A stretch of DNA of 64,000 nucleotides from an uncultured Candidatus Binatia bacterium (GCA_965214605.1 OZ243961.1:736001-800000); one strand, 5' to 3'. Numbered from the stretch's first letter, positions 1 through 10,382 are shown. A program made the numbers and translations. The notes: a model not told the origin generated them from the sequence alone.

Positions 1-917
1 TGCTCAATGCGCAGCGGATAGAAATAGTGGCGGTCAAGCCAGTAAATGAGCTTGCTAGTCGGATAATTGGGCAGCCACTCCTCCCGGGTCGTGGATTCGA
101 CCACATAACACTCTACACCACCGTCGGGCCGGTAGAAGGGATAGGTGTCCCACATCATTTTGAGCTGATCAGTCGCGATCTCAAAAAACGTCCCGTCCGG
201 ATTGGCCAGGGTGAGGGTCGGACGGGTGACGGGAAAACGGACCGTCTCATACAAGACATCCCTCCCTAGTACACGCCAGCGAAACTCCCATGCATCGCGC
301 CCAATGATATCGTCAAACGACTGCACATTGTTGGGAAACCGCTCACCCCGGCGGGGCTGGGGGATACGCCGCACCCGACGAAGTGCCGGTGCATAGGCAA
401 AATAGTCCATCTTGGTCGAATTTTCTTTATCGGTCCGATGCATAATCCACAGATCTTGGCCGCCCAGCAGTTCGGCTGGAGCGGTGTAATAAAACACCAT
501 CCGAAAAAAATCTTGGCCCGGCGGCGTTTGGAGATGACCGATAAGACCGGCCTCATCCGGCATGTAAAAATTGAGTCCGACCGTGACGCCTTGGTTGAGA
601 TATCCGCCGCTGGTCATCGACCCAAACGCGTCGGCCATGACGTGTGACCAACGCGATACGTGGGTGAACTCCATGGAACGATAGCCTAGCTCTTCGGCCG
701 TATACGGCGCTGCAAACGGATAGGGCTCGGCCGGAATATAAGGGACGGCCGAACTACGTGGGGTGTCGGTCCGAAAATCCAGCCCTATTTTTTCTTCGGC
801 AGACAGCTCGGCGACAGTCTTCCAGGATTTTGGCTCGGCACCGTTATCCTGGGCACAGAGCCCGGCTGGTAAGAGCAAAACGGCGAGCAGGCAGGCGTGG
901 GCGACAATACTGTTCAT
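1..917 (-). CDS. DUF1329 / outer-membrane lipoprotein-sorting (LolA-like) periplasmic protein; runs off the window edge; start region appears frameshifted
   Basis: Manual translation of an open minus-strand frame missing from the ORF track: ...CLLAVLLLPAGLCAQD...YAPALRRVRRIPQPRRGERFPNNVQSFDDIIGRD...YWLDRHYFYPLRIE. The PALRRVRR motif is typical of this family. It lies directly downstream of a DUF1302-like gene. Confidence 0.7.
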   Translation of the reverse strand, partial: MNSIVAHACLLAVLLLPAGLCAQDNGAEPKSWKTVAELSAEEKIGLDFRTDTPRSSAVPYIPAEPYPFAAPYTAEELGYRSMEFTHVSRWSHVMADAFGSMTSGGYLNQGVTVGLNFYMPDEAGLIGHLQTPPGQDFFRMVFYYTAPAELLGGQDLWIMHRTDKENSTKMDYFAYAPALRRVRRIPQPRRGERFPNNVQSFDDIIGRDAWEFRWRVLGRDVLYETVRFPVTRPTLTLANPDGTFFEIATDQLKMMWDTYPFYRPDGGVECYVVESTTREEWLPNYPTSKLIYWLDRHYFYPLRIE

Positions 918-920
918 CGA

Positions 921-2660
921 CTAAAACTCGTAGCTCAACTCCCAGCCAATATTGTCATACTTACCGTACAGGGCGTAGAGGTCAGTACCAGCGCCGCTGC
1001 TAAAGGCCGTATAGGTCATCCGACCGGTGATAAATTGGGAAAAATTGTAGCTGGCCACTAGCCTGGTTTTGATACCCTGCCACTTGCGATTGGGCCCGCT
1101 GAGCCATGGGATTGCCGTAAAACTGATGTTTAAGCGGTCGCGCGTAAACCGAAAGGGCCGCCCGACAAACACCACCGGCAAGACGTTCCACTCATCCCCA
1201 ACCCCACCTCCAAATCCACCGCCTAGGGTTTCACGCCAATCGAAGGTGTACAGGAGCGAGGGCTGGAAGATAAACGAGGTATTGCCGGGGAGGGCAAATT
1301 CTAGCGCAACGGCGGCCCGTAGCGTATCCCGAGACACATGTCCGCCAGACTTAAAGCGCTCGCCTGCGCCAGCCTGGCGACGGGCAGACACCATGCGCCG
1401 CACGTCTTCGGCATCGTGTTGTCTGGTGTCAATGACAAAATCGGGCGACGGCAGATCGTCCACAGCCGCAAAGCGGCCGAAGTCCTGAAACTCGACGGCC
1501 TTGGTCCACAAACCCTCGACACGGAGCACCATGGGCAGCTCCCCTACCAGAGGCACGTTGGCGAAAGATGTGGCATAGTCGGCCGTCAGTCCAAGATGGT
1601 GCAGGCGGGTATGACGCGGCTGCAGAATCAGATGCACATCGCCGTTCTGGTCAATCGCCCGGTCAATAATGAAATTCTGGGCTGACTTGTTCCACGCGTA
1701 GTAGTAGACCAGTCCCCAGGTGAGAGGCTCCATGGAAACGTCTAAACGGACGCCGAACTCATGGTCGCCCCAGTCCCCGGACGACGGACGCCGCCGTTTG
1801 AGGATGTAATTGCCGGCAAAGTCCTTGCGACCGAGCAGGAGATCCTCATCGCTGGTCAGCATGCTCTCGGCATCGTCGGGCAAAAACGGGGCTGCCCAGG
1901 GCGAGCCATAGGGCGCGTTGCGGTCGTGCTCAAAATGCGGAATCCAGAGAAAGTTGAGCGAATTGGCGCTAAAGAAATACGTCGTATTCAGCATAAAGAC
2001 CGGCAGACGCCGAAACTCATACTCGGCCGCCTCGACCTGGGCACCCTCACGGTTATCGATGGCGTTGATCGTATCAATGTAGCGCCCGTCCATTTTTCCC
2101 CAAGCAATCTGTTGCTTGCCGATCACGAGGTCTAGATTATGGGTGCGATAGCTGACGTACAGCTCGCGCACAACCCGATCAAGATTATGGTAGGCCCGTA
2201 AGGTCTCACTCACTCGGTCGCCGTACAGGCCTGACGAGTCTTGCCAGTTGTACACTCCATCATACAGAAAATGGCTGATATTGGTGACTTCAATATTAGG
2301 CGAGAACTGATAGTGGGTCTCTAATTCCAGCAGGTTCTGGAGCTGGAGGAAGCGGAAATCTCTGCTGCGGTTATGGATCATCTGGTTGCTGGTCAACAAG
2401 ACATCTGACCACTGCCGATAAAAGCCTTTAAAGGTGAGAGCCGGAATGCGGCGTTCAACCGGCTGACGGACGTAACGGCCAGCCGGGTCAAAGGTCGCCA
2501 AAAAGCGGTCAAAGCGCGACCACGTATTACTCATCCAGCCAATCGGCTTGTTGAGCGGTCCATCCCAGAGTGCATAGCTCGGCGAGGTCCACAGCGTGAG
2601 GACAAGGCATCCGAACAAGTAGACTCGTCTAAAACGTTGCGGTTGTCGCATTCCTTTCAT
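921..2660 (-). CDS. DUF1302-like outer-membrane beta-barrel protein
   Basis: 579-aa ORF with N-terminal signal peptide, RELYVSY..DLVIGKQQIAWG motif and C-terminal beta-signal (WELSYEF). Confidence 0.75.
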   Translation of the reverse strand: MKGMRQPQRFRRVYLFGCLVLTLWTSPSYALWDGPLNKPIGWMSNTWSRFDRFLATFDPAGRYVRQPVERRIPALTFKGFYRQWSDVLLTSNQMIHNRSRDFRFLQLQNLLELETHYQFSPNIEVTNISHFLYDGVYNWQDSSGLYGDRVSETLRAYHNLDRVVRELYVSYRTHNLDLVIGKQQIAWGKMDGRYIDTINAIDNREGAQVEAAEYEFRRLPVFMLNTTYFFSANSLNFLWIPHFEHDRNAPYGSPWAAPFLPDDAESMLTSDEDLLLGRKDFAGNYILKRRRPSSGDWGDHEFGVRLDVSMEPLTWGLVYYYAWNKSAQNFIIDRAIDQNGDVHLILQPRHTRLHHLGLTADYATSFANVPLVGELPMVLRVEGLWTKAVEFQDFGRFAAVDDLPSPDFVIDTRQHDAEDVRRMVSARRQAGAGERFKSGGHVSRDTLRAAVALEFALPGNTSFIFQPSLLYTFDWRETLGGGFGGGVGDEWNVLPVVFVGRPFRFTRDRLNISFTAIPWLSGPNRKWQGIKTRLVASYNFSQFITGRMTYTAFSSGAGTDLYALYGKYDNIGWELSYEF

Positions 2661-2696
2661 TATCCTTTCTCTTCGCTGACGGTATTGCTGCCCAAC

Positions 2697-3929
2697 TTAT
2701 TCTCCCGCGCTTTGCTGTACCAGAATACCAGTGTCTGACAGTTCGGCGATCCGGTCTGCCCTGTACCCCAAGTAGCGCTCCAGAACGGCGGCATTATGCT
2801 GTCCCAGATCGGGGGCAGGCACGACCTGCGGGAGCGGATGACCGGAAAACCGAAACGGAAAGCCGGGAATCATAAACTCGCCCAGCAGCGGGTCAGACAC
2901 AGAGCGCACGGCCTGGCGATCGACCAAGTGTGGATGCTCGACCAGCTCAGGCACCGTCAGCACAGGGGCGGCTGGTACACGTTCGCGGTCCAAGGCGTCC
3001 AGCGCCGCTTGGCGGTCGGGCAGGGACAGCAACCAACGCTCAATCTCGGGAATCAGAACCTCACGGTTTTTACGCCGCGCGCGGACATTCCGAAAGCGTG
3101 GGTCGTCCGACAAATCGGGCCGTTCCATGGCCTTGGTCAGTCCCTGCCACTGATGCTCCAGGGCAGCGATGATCATAATATAGCCCTGCGGAGCTTTAAA
3201 CACACCGCACGGAGTCAGCCCATTGTGATGCGATCCACCCCGGGTCGGAATAAACCTGCCCTGGGTTCCGGTATAAGTTTCGAGGCTGAAATCGTGGGTG
3301 TGCATATACGAGTCGAGGAGCGATACGTCGATGTACTGGCCCTCGCCGGTGCGTTCACGGTTCAGCAGACAGCACGCAATCGCGGCTAAGGCGTGAACCC
3401 CGGTACTGACATCGCCCATTGCCACCATAGGAATGACCGGCGGCTGATCAGGTTCGCCCATCACCTCAGTCACGCCGGCATACGCTTGGGCAATATAGTC
3501 AAAGCCTGGGACATGAGACAATGGACCGGTTTGACCTAAGGCTGAAATCGAACACATCACTAGTGCGGGGTTGAGGTCCTTCAAGACCTCGTAGCCCAGC
3601 CCCAAACGCTTGATTACCCCTGGGCTGTAATTCTCGACCACCACGTCAACATACGGGACCAGGGAGCGGACCAGCTCACGCCCAGTTTCGACTTTGAGAT
3701 TCACACATAGGCTCTGTTTGCCCAGATTATGCTGCATAAAATAGCCGCTGCGGCCTTTTTTCCAGACCGGGTTCTGGCGGGCCGGGTCTCCGGCTGGGGC
3801 TTGTTCGACCTTAATGACCTCGGCGCCCATCTCGGCCATCAGTCGCGTCGTCGTTGGTCCGGCGACAATCTGGGTAAAATCCAGCACCTTATAGCCTGAC
3901 AGCATTCCGCGCGTGTTTTCTGCGGCCAT
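2697..3929 (-). CDS. Family III (CaiB/BaiF) CoA-transferase
   Basis: KVLDFTQIVAGP, GAEVIKVE, DVVVENYSPG and catalytic GD motifs; start set to MAAEN after an AGGAGG RBS. Confidence 0.92.
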   Translation of the reverse strand: MAAENTRGMLSGYKVLDFTQIVAGPTTTRLMAEMGAEVIKVEQAPAGDPARQNPVWKKGRSGYFMQHNLGKQSLCVNLKVETGRELVRSLVPYVDVVVENYSPGVIKRLGLGYEVLKDLNPALVMCSISALGQTGPLSHVPGFDYIAQAYAGVTEVMGEPDQPPVIPMVAMGDVSTGVHALAAIACCLLNRERTGEGQYIDVSLLDSYMHTHDFSLETYTGTQGRFIPTRGGSHHNGLTPCGVFKAPQGYIMIIAALEHQWQGLTKAMERPDLSDDPRFRNVRARRKNREVLIPEIERWLLSLPDRQAALDALDRERVPAAPVLTVPELVEHPHLVDRQAVRSVSDPLLGEFMIPGFPFRFSGHPLPQVVPAPDLGQHNAAVLERYLGYRADRIAELSDTGILVQQSAGE

Positions 3930-4126
3930 ATGCTTTCCTCCTGACACAAGAATCTGGAACAGCAGCCTCTTTTCGACTGAGGGCCTGTTCAGGCGTTGGG
4001 GACCGAGCGGGATCATACTTTGGAACACTGAAACATGCAAGCAGACAGACAGCCACGCTCGGGCGGGTACACCCACCCTGTATCCGGCGCTATCGGACGA
4101 GAAGCCCTAACCTCTTTTTCTCTATG

Positions 4127-5416
4127 CTAGGGAGTTGGCGTATGCTGGCGTATCCACTGCGCTAGGGGCGAGAACACCTGTTGGGCCGCGGCCGTGCCCA
4201 GCAACACGTCGAGGTGGCCCCAATCCTGGAGGAGACGGTACTGGACGTCACGGCTCGCCGTTGCTCGGGCGGTATACTCAACCCGCCTGGCCCAGCCAAT
4301 GCCGGCTTTGTCCATATTGCTGCTGGCAAAGGCGATGATCGGAACGTTCAGTGTGGTCAGCGCGCTGGCATAGTCGAACTTGGCATCGGCCAAATGACGC
4401 TGGAGCTCGAAACCGCCGTGATTCTGTACCCGCGGCCAGTAGCGGTCCTGGTGTAAGAATATCCGGGCCAAAATCAGAATATCGGCGTAGCCGCCCTTGG
4501 CGTTTGACAGTCCTCCCTGCTGGCCATAGGTGGGAGAAACGAAGAGAAAGTGTTTTAGCATCTCGGCCCGATTCTCAAACAGGTGCACCGGCATGAAATC
4601 GGGACCGTCGGGCTCGGCCAGCGTATCCTGGAGCATCTTGATCCAGCGACGATACGGGACATAGCGTCGCTCCAGATCGTCGGCAAACCAGGTGGGAGTC
4701 TTTTGTCGTTGCCGATAAATCGCTCGTGTGTTGGGCGGCTCAAGGGCGTAGCCATCCAGTAAGGCCAGGCCAAGCACATCCTGGCGGCTATAGCGAGCCG
4801 CCATAAAGACTGCAAACGTCGCCCCTCGACTGTAGCCGCCAACGAAAATTTTTTGCACCCCGCTCATCTGACGGACAAAATCCGCAGCCACCGCGGCGTC
4901 CTCAATAAAGACCTGAGCGGTCCAGCCCTGCATAAAGCTGGAATCGAAGATCTGCTCACGGGTGATAAAATGTGTTCGGTAGTCGAGGGTCCAGGTTTCG
5001 ATCCCGCGCTGGGCCAGATACAGCCGCAGATCATAGCGTTCATCGGCCACAACAATATCGCCGTGGTGATGCGAGCCGGGCAGAAAGAAAAACACCGGCC
5101 GGACAGCGTGCGACGGCGTGTCTCCGCGCCGAATGCGGTGAACGGCGATATAGTCGTGCTGGCCGTGCGGAGGACGGCTACGCGTCCACACAGTCTCGCG
5201 GAGCGCAGGATGACCGCTAATCGTCCGCTCAGAGACACTCTGATTCCAGTCCGACCCTGCTCCATCCGGAGCGAGGGCAGACGCCGCCCGCTGCGCAGGG
5301 ATCGGAGCGGGCGGCGGATCGGCATACAGCTTGGGGTTGGAGAACGGCTTCTTCTCCGTCTGACTGCACGCGCTGACAAGCAGCAGGCAGGCAACGATGA
5401 GAGCAGCATTCAGCAT
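4127..5416 (-). CDS. Lipoprotein alpha/beta-fold hydrolase (esterase/lipase-like)
   Basis: Lipobox LVSAC, nucleophile elbow GYSRG, C-terminal GHLD histidine motif. Confidence 0.75.
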   Translation of the reverse strand: MLNAALIVACLLLVSACSQTEKKPFSNPKLYADPPPAPIPAQRAASALAPDGAGSDWNQSVSERTISGHPALRETVWTRSRPPHGQHDYIAVHRIRRGDTPSHAVRPVFFFLPGSHHHGDIVVADERYDLRLYLAQRGIETWTLDYRTHFITREQIFDSSFMQGWTAQVFIEDAAVAADFVRQMSGVQKIFVGGYSRGATFAVFMAARYSRQDVLGLALLDGYALEPPNTRAIYRQRQKTPTWFADDLERRYVPYRRWIKMLQDTLAEPDGPDFMPVHLFENRAEMLKHFLFVSPTYGQQGGLSNAKGGYADILILARIFLHQDRYWPRVQNHGGFELQRHLADAKFDYASALTTLNVPIIAFASSNMDKAGIGWARRVEYTARATASRDVQYRLLQDWGHLDVLLGTAAAQQVFSPLAQWIRQHTPTP

Positions 5417-5419
5417 TGT

Positions 5420-6640
5420 CTAGATCAACACCTGTCCGTCGCGGAGCCGCCGAATCTCCGCTTCCGGCATGCTCAGCAACTCGCGCAATACCTCGTCCGT
5501 ATGCTGACCACGCTGTGGAGCCGCAGCTCGGACCTCACACGGCGTCCCTGACATCTGCCACGGAATACCGGCATGGATACGCCCGTCAAACTCGGGATGT
5601 TTTTTCTGCACCAGGTAGCCACGCGCTTCGAGATGCCGGTCGGTGGCGAGATCTTTGTTGCTCATCGATGGAAAAGCCGCCACTCCGGCTCTTTGTAAGA
5701 CCTCGGTCACCTCCCACCGGTCGCGCTGAACAGTCCAGGCTGTGAGGATCTCCTCCAGCGCGTCTTCGTTGGCTTTACGGGCGGTGACATTGGCAAAACG
5801 CTTATCGGTCGCCAACTCAGGCCGAGCGATGGCTTGACACAAGGCCCGCCATTCAGCGTCCGAGCCACACACGATCGTTACCCATTTGTCGGCGTCGCCC
5901 TGGCATTTAAAACAGCCGTGGGGCGCCATCCAGGGATCGTGATTACCGTCCCGCTCGGCTTGGGTGTTATTCATGGCGTAGTCCATCAGCCCTTCAGGCA
6001 TCAAGACCAGCAGCGCTTCCCACAGTGCCAGATCGACGTGCACGCCTCTACCGGTCCGCTGCCTATAGGCTAAGGCGGCCAGAGCCGCAAACGATCCAAA
6101 GATACCCGCGTTGGGATCACCATAGGAAATCCCGACTTCAGCCGGCCCCTTGTCCCGATAGCCGGACAGCGACGAAATCCCGGCCAGGGGCACCGAGGCT
6201 GGTCCGTAGCCCATATACGTACGCTCAGGTCCCGTCTGTCCATAGCCACAGATGGAAATCATAATGATATCGGGCTTCACCTGGCTGAGCGTTTCATAGC
6301 CAAAGCCCATGCGCTCGATGGCTCCGGCCGAAAAGTTCTGGACAACGATATCGGATTGCGTCGCCAGCTTTTTCACAATCTCGGCCGCCTCGGGTCGCGT
6401 CAGATCAAGCTGTATGCTCTTCTTGCCCTGATTGTACTGGTTAAAATAGCCCGCCCGGTTGGGACCCGGCTCGGCATCGACAAACGGCGGAATCAGACGC
6501 GTCACACATGGCCGTTTCTCACTCTCAATACGAATAACCTCCGCCCCCATATGGGCCATTTGCAGCGTACAATACGGGCCGGCCCAGGCCCAGGTAAAGT
6601 CCAGAACGCGAATACCATCCAAGGGTCGTGGGGATGCCAT
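5420..6640 (-). CDS. Family III CoA-transferase (BbsF-like subunit)
   Basis: RVLDFTWAWAGP, NQGKKSIQLDL and SYGDPNAG motifs. Confidence 0.92.
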   Translation of the reverse strand: MASPRPLDGIRVLDFTWAWAGPYCTLQMAHMGAEVIRIESEKRPCVTRLIPPFVDAEPGPNRAGYFNQYNQGKKSIQLDLTRPEAAEIVKKLATQSDIVVQNFSAGAIERMGFGYETLSQVKPDIIMISICGYGQTGPERTYMGYGPASVPLAGISSLSGYRDKGPAEVGISYGDPNAGIFGSFAALAALAYRQRTGRGVHVDLALWEALLVLMPEGLMDYAMNNTQAERDGNHDPWMAPHGCFKCQGDADKWVTIVCGSDAEWRALCQAIARPELATDKRFANVTARKANEDALEEILTAWTVQRDRWEVTEVLQRAGVAAFPSMSNKDLATDRHLEARGYLVQKKHPEFDGRIHAGIPWQMSGTPCEVRAAAPQRGQHTDEVLRELLSMPEAEIRRLRDGQVLI

Positions 6641-6650
6641 AGGATACCTC

Positions 6651-7859
6651 TTAAATGACGCCTTGCTGCTTCAGCTCTGCCACTTCCGCCTGTGACAGTC
6701 CCAGCTTACCGCAGTAGACCTGTTCATTATGCTCGCCCAGCAGCGGGGCCGGTCGAGGCGTCTCGCCCCCACCTTCGGAGACCTTAAATGGGGCACCGGG
6801 GTAGTCAAGCGTGCCAGCGACCTGGTGGCTGACCATGGTGAAGAACTCGCGGGCTTTCAGGTGCTCGGAAGCAAACAGGTCGGCCATGGTATTCACCGGA
6901 GCCATACAGATACGGCGATCTTGGCCGGCCTTGTAGAGGTCGGCCACCTTCCAATTGGCCGCCCACTCTTGGAGCAGGGGAAAGAGCGCGTCGTAGTTCA
7001 AGCCGCGTTGGACCCGGTCCTCGAAAATTTCCAGCGAGGCCCACTCGGGATCGCCCATCAGCTCAACAAAGCGCTGCCACTGATCTTCCTCCACGTTAAT
7101 CACAAACAGCTTGCCGTCTTGGCAGTCAAGCATACACCACGGAAAAATCGCTCGCCGTCCCAGGCGCGAGGTCTCATTTCCGGCATAGGTGTAATGCATA
7201 AAATTCATTTCCAGAATAGCGGCGATACACTCTTGAATCGACACATCAACATGCTGGCCCTGACCGCTCAGCAGCCGGTGATAATATGCGCCCAAGGTCG
7301 CTACTGCCGCGTGCACCCCGCCCTGGAAATCGGCTTGGTGGCCGAAGGCTTTGAGCGGTGGCAGGTCATCGTGGTCAGAGGCGCCGGGACTGATAAACGC
7401 CCAGCCACCGGCGTTGCTCGCCGTGAGGTCGTAAGCGCGATAGTCGCGGTGGGGCCCGGTACAGCCAAAATATGAAATTGTTGTCATGATGAGGCCGGGA
7501 TTGGTCCGCCCTAGCTTGTCAAAGTCGAGGCCTAAGCCAACCATCTCAGACGGCTGATAGTTGTGGATGAGCAGGTCGGCCTGGCTGCACAGACCCTGCA
7601 ACACCGCCCGGCCCTTTGCCAAGCGAAGATCTAGCGTGACCCCAAGCTTGTTGGTGTTCAAATATAGAAACAACCCGCTCTTTTCCGGGTGCGGGGTATC
7701 GCCGGGGAAGGGTCCGCACTGGCGGGCGCTATCGCCCCCGGGCTCTTCGATTTTGACCACCTCGGCTCCCAAATCGGCCAACAACTTGCCGAGATAGGGA
7801 GCCGAGACAAGATTGCCACATTCAACGACTTTGAGACCCGTCAGGAGTTGTTCTGCCAT
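6651..7859 (-). CDS. Family III CoA-transferase (BbsE-like subunit)
   Basis: LADLGAEVVKIE and FLYLNTNKLGVTLDL motifs; divergent active-site region (HQADFQGG). Confidence 0.9.
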   Translation of the reverse strand: MAEQLLTGLKVVECGNLVSAPYLGKLLADLGAEVVKIEEPGGDSARQCGPFPGDTPHPEKSGLFLYLNTNKLGVTLDLRLAKGRAVLQGLCSQADLLIHNYQPSEMVGLGLDFDKLGRTNPGLIMTTISYFGCTGPHRDYRAYDLTASNAGGWAFISPGASDHDDLPPLKAFGHQADFQGGVHAAVATLGAYYHRLLSGQGQHVDVSIQECIAAILEMNFMHYTYAGNETSRLGRRAIFPWCMLDCQDGKLFVINVEEDQWQRFVELMGDPEWASLEIFEDRVQRGLNYDALFPLLQEWAANWKVADLYKAGQDRRICMAPVNTMADLFASEHLKAREFFTMVSHQVAGTLDYPGAPFKVSEGGGETPRPAPLLGEHNEQVYCGKLGLSQAEVAELKQQGVI

Positions 7860-7880
7860 GGCTTGTCTCCATTAATCTCC

Positions 7881-9098
7881 CTAAATGACGCCTCGCTCGC
7901 TCAAGCGGACTAGCTCCTCGGCCTTCAGTCCGAGTAGATTCTGATACACCTCTTGATTGTGCTCCCCTAAAGCCGGCCCGACAGAACGCGCCGCCCCTGG
8001 CGTTCCGCTCAGCTTGGGCACAACGCCCTGCATGCGGATCGCACCGAGGAGCCGGTCGTGCAGACTGAGCACCATATCCCGCTCTTGGAAATGCGGATCA
8101 ATCGCAATATCGGCAATACTATTGACCGGCCCGGTTGGGATAATAGCGGCTTCAAGGCGTGGTAACAGGTCGGACAGCTCGTGTTCGGCCGTCCATCCGG
8201 CTACAATCGCGTCAATAGCGTCCCGGTTCTCGCCGCGCACCACAGCCGCTGCAAAACGCGGATCATCCAGCAGCTCTTCACGCCCCATAACTCGACACAG
8301 GCGGTCGAATAATTTATCGGAGTGGGCGGCAATAATAATCCATTTACCGTCCCGACACGGATACAGATTTGACGGAGCAAAACCGGGCAGGCTCGTGCCG
8401 GTCCGCGTCCGAATATGACCGGTTTTATCATACTCAGTCAGCGCCCCTTCCATCACCGCGAACACCGCCTCGTACAGGGCCGTATCAATGACCTGTCCAC
8501 GTCCACCATTCACATCCCGGTGATACAGCGCCAGCATAATGCCCAAGGCCGAGAACATACCGGCCAAGGAATCACCAATACTCACCCCAACTCGACTGGG
8601 CGGCCGATCCGGGAAGCCCACGCTGTAGCGCAGCCCACCAAACGCTTCTGCCACCGCGGCAAAGCCGGGCTTGTTTCGATTCGGTCCGGTTTGACCGTAG
8701 CCCGACACCCGGGCAAACACTAAACCAGGATTCCGCTCCCGCAGCACCTCATAGCCGAGCCCCCAGCCCTCAAACGTGCCGGGACGAAAGTTCTCCAGCA
8801 ACACATCGGCCTGAACAGCAAGCTTGCGCAGAATTTCTTGTCCTTCAGGCAGGCGCAGGTTGAGAGTAATACACTTCTTATTCCGGGCGATGTTTGGCCA
8901 CCATAAACTATGACCATCGACGAGCACCTGCCCAGTCGCACGCATGGGATCGCCCTGATTCGGCGGCTCAACCTTGATCACCTCTGCGCCAAAATCGGCC
9001 AGCAGCCTGGCACAAAACGGGGCAGCCAAAAGGACTCCACACTCAATGACGCGGATACCACTGAGGGGGCCGAAACTCGGGGTCGAATCAGCACTCAT
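7881..9098 (-). CDS. Family III CoA-transferase (formyl-CoA transferase-like)
   Basis: LADFGAEVIKVE, RNKKCITLNL, ENFRPG and SIGDSLAG motifs. Confidence 0.92.
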   Translation of the reverse strand: MSADSTPSFGPLSGIRVIECGVLLAAPFCARLLADFGAEVIKVEPPNQGDPMRATGQVLVDGHSLWWPNIARNKKCITLNLRLPEGQEILRKLAVQADVLLENFRPGTFEGWGLGYEVLRERNPGLVFARVSGYGQTGPNRNKPGFAAVAEAFGGLRYSVGFPDRPPSRVGVSIGDSLAGMFSALGIMLALYHRDVNGGRGQVIDTALYEAVFAVMEGALTEYDKTGHIRTRTGTSLPGFAPSNLYPCRDGKWIIIAAHSDKLFDRLCRVMGREELLDDPRFAAAVVRGENRDAIDAIVAGWTAEHELSDLLPRLEAAIIPTGPVNSIADIAIDPHFQERDMVLSLHDRLLGAIRMQGVVPKLSGTPGAARSVGPALGEHNQEVYQNLLGLKAEELVRLSERGVI

Positions 9099-9150
9099 CG
9101 GTTTTTATAGACAGCAACAAAGGCGAGTGAGCCTTTGCCGGAACATAGGC

Positions 9151-10248
9151 TCAAAACTTTGAGGGGTCAAGGCGGCACTCTCCCTCCTCTCTGACCGCCC
9201 CCCCGTACTTGCGGCACAAACCGCGAAACTGGTGATAGGTGAGCCCCAGCCTCTCAGCCGCCTTACGCTGATTGTATTTGGCCTGCCTGAGCGCCTTTCG
9301 GAGCAGACTGAGCTCCAGCTCTCGAACGGCCTCAGTAAAGGGCTTGGTCTCGACACTGGGCGGCACACGCTGCGCCCCCTTGGCCACGGATGGCCCGTCA
9401 TGTGGTTCGGCCCGAAAAGGCGACCGAAAGGGATCAACAATAATATCGCTCTCAGTCACCCGGCTGTCATCGGACCGGTACACCGCCCGTTCAACCACAT
9501 TTTTGAGCTCACGAATATTACCCGGCCAGTGGTAGGCTTCGAGCGCGGCAATCGCTGCGGGGCTGAAATCGGGGACCTCGTGTCGGCCGAGTTCTAGGGC
9601 CATACGGCCGGCAAAGTGCTGGGCCAGCAGCATAATATCCGGCTGGCGCTCGCGCAGGGGGGGCACAAACAGGACCTCGAAGGACAGACGATCAAGTAAA
9701 TCGGGTTTAAAGCGACCGTCTTTGGCCAGCCCAGCCAACTCAGCGTTGGTTGCTCCGATAATCCGCACGTCGGCCTGAATCGGCTGTGAGCCCCCCACCC
9801 GTTCAAAGCTGCCGTATTCAACCACGCGTAAAATCTTCTCCTGCACCTCAAGCGGGATTTGTCCGATTTCATCCAAAAACAGGGTCCCGCCGTCCGCGAC
9901 TTCGAAACGCCCGGCCCGCCGCTCAACGGCTCCGGTAAACGCGCCGTGCTCATGACCGAAGAGTTCGGATTCGATCAAGGTCGGAGACAAAGCCGCACAG
10001 TTAAGGGCCAGCAGCGGCGCCTGCCAACGCGGCGACAGGTAGTGGAGACGCGAAACGGCCAACTCCTTTCCTGAGCCCCGTTCGCCGATTAACAGCACCG
10101 GCCGATTGACCCGAGCGGCCCGTGACAGCCGTTCCTGAAATTCCAGGAAAATTTCCGACTGACCAAGGGCCTCGGTCCGGCCGACGTGCGGCACTTCATC
10201 GGTATGTTGAGGACCTCGCTTGTCTTGAATAAGGGTGCGTCTTTTCAT
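9151..10248 (-). CDS. pspF: Phage shock protein operon sigma54 activator PspF
   Basis: GERGSGKE Walker [30 protein letters not shown] and C-terminal HTH ([18 protein letters not shown]); no N-terminal regulatory domain; divergent from pspA. Exact start is uncertain. Confidence 0.93.
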   Translation of the reverse strand: MKRRTLIQDKRGPQHTDEVPHVGRTEALGQSEIFLEFQERLSRAARVNRPVLLIGERGSGKELAVSRLHYLSPRWQAPLLALNCAALSPTLIESELFGHEHGAFTGAVERRAGRFEVADGGTLFLDEIGQIPLEVQEKILRVVEYGSFERVGGSQPIQADVRIIGATNAELAGLAKDGRFKPDLLDRLSFEVLFVPPLRERQPDIMLLAQHFAGRMALELGRHEVPDFSPAAIAALEAYHWPGNIRELKNVVERAVYRSDDSRVTESDIIVDPFRSPFRAEPHDGPSVAKGAQRVPPSVETKPFTEAVRELELSLLRKALRQAKYNQRKAAERLGLTYHQFRGLCRKYGGAVREEGECRLDPSKF

Positions 10249-10325
10249 GGTGTTCAAAGCTATTATAGAGTAGTTTTGACGAAAAAATAGTAAAAAAACC
10301 AAGTTCATATTTTTCAAAATTTATC

Positions 10326-10338
10326 TAAGTCATTGATA
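10326..10338 (-). promoter_or_regulatory. IHF binding site
   Basis: Reverse complement TATCAATGACTTA matches WATCAANNNNTTR exactly; lies in the AT-rich gap between pspF and the sigma54 promoter. Confidence 0.7.
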
Positions 10339-10366
10339 TTCATCATTTTTTCAATTTCGGACAGTT

Positions 10367-10382
10367 TGGCACCCTCCATGCT
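10367..10382 (+). promoter_or_regulatory. Sigma54 (-24/-12) promoter of pspA
   Basis: TGGCACCCTCCATGCT has GG-N10-GC spacing; about 45 bp upstream of the pspA ATG. Confidence 0.85.

Noticed and set aside
10250-10310. PspF upstream activator sequences
   Set aside because: The AT-rich TAGT..ACCA-like motifs are in the expected place but too degenerate to call.
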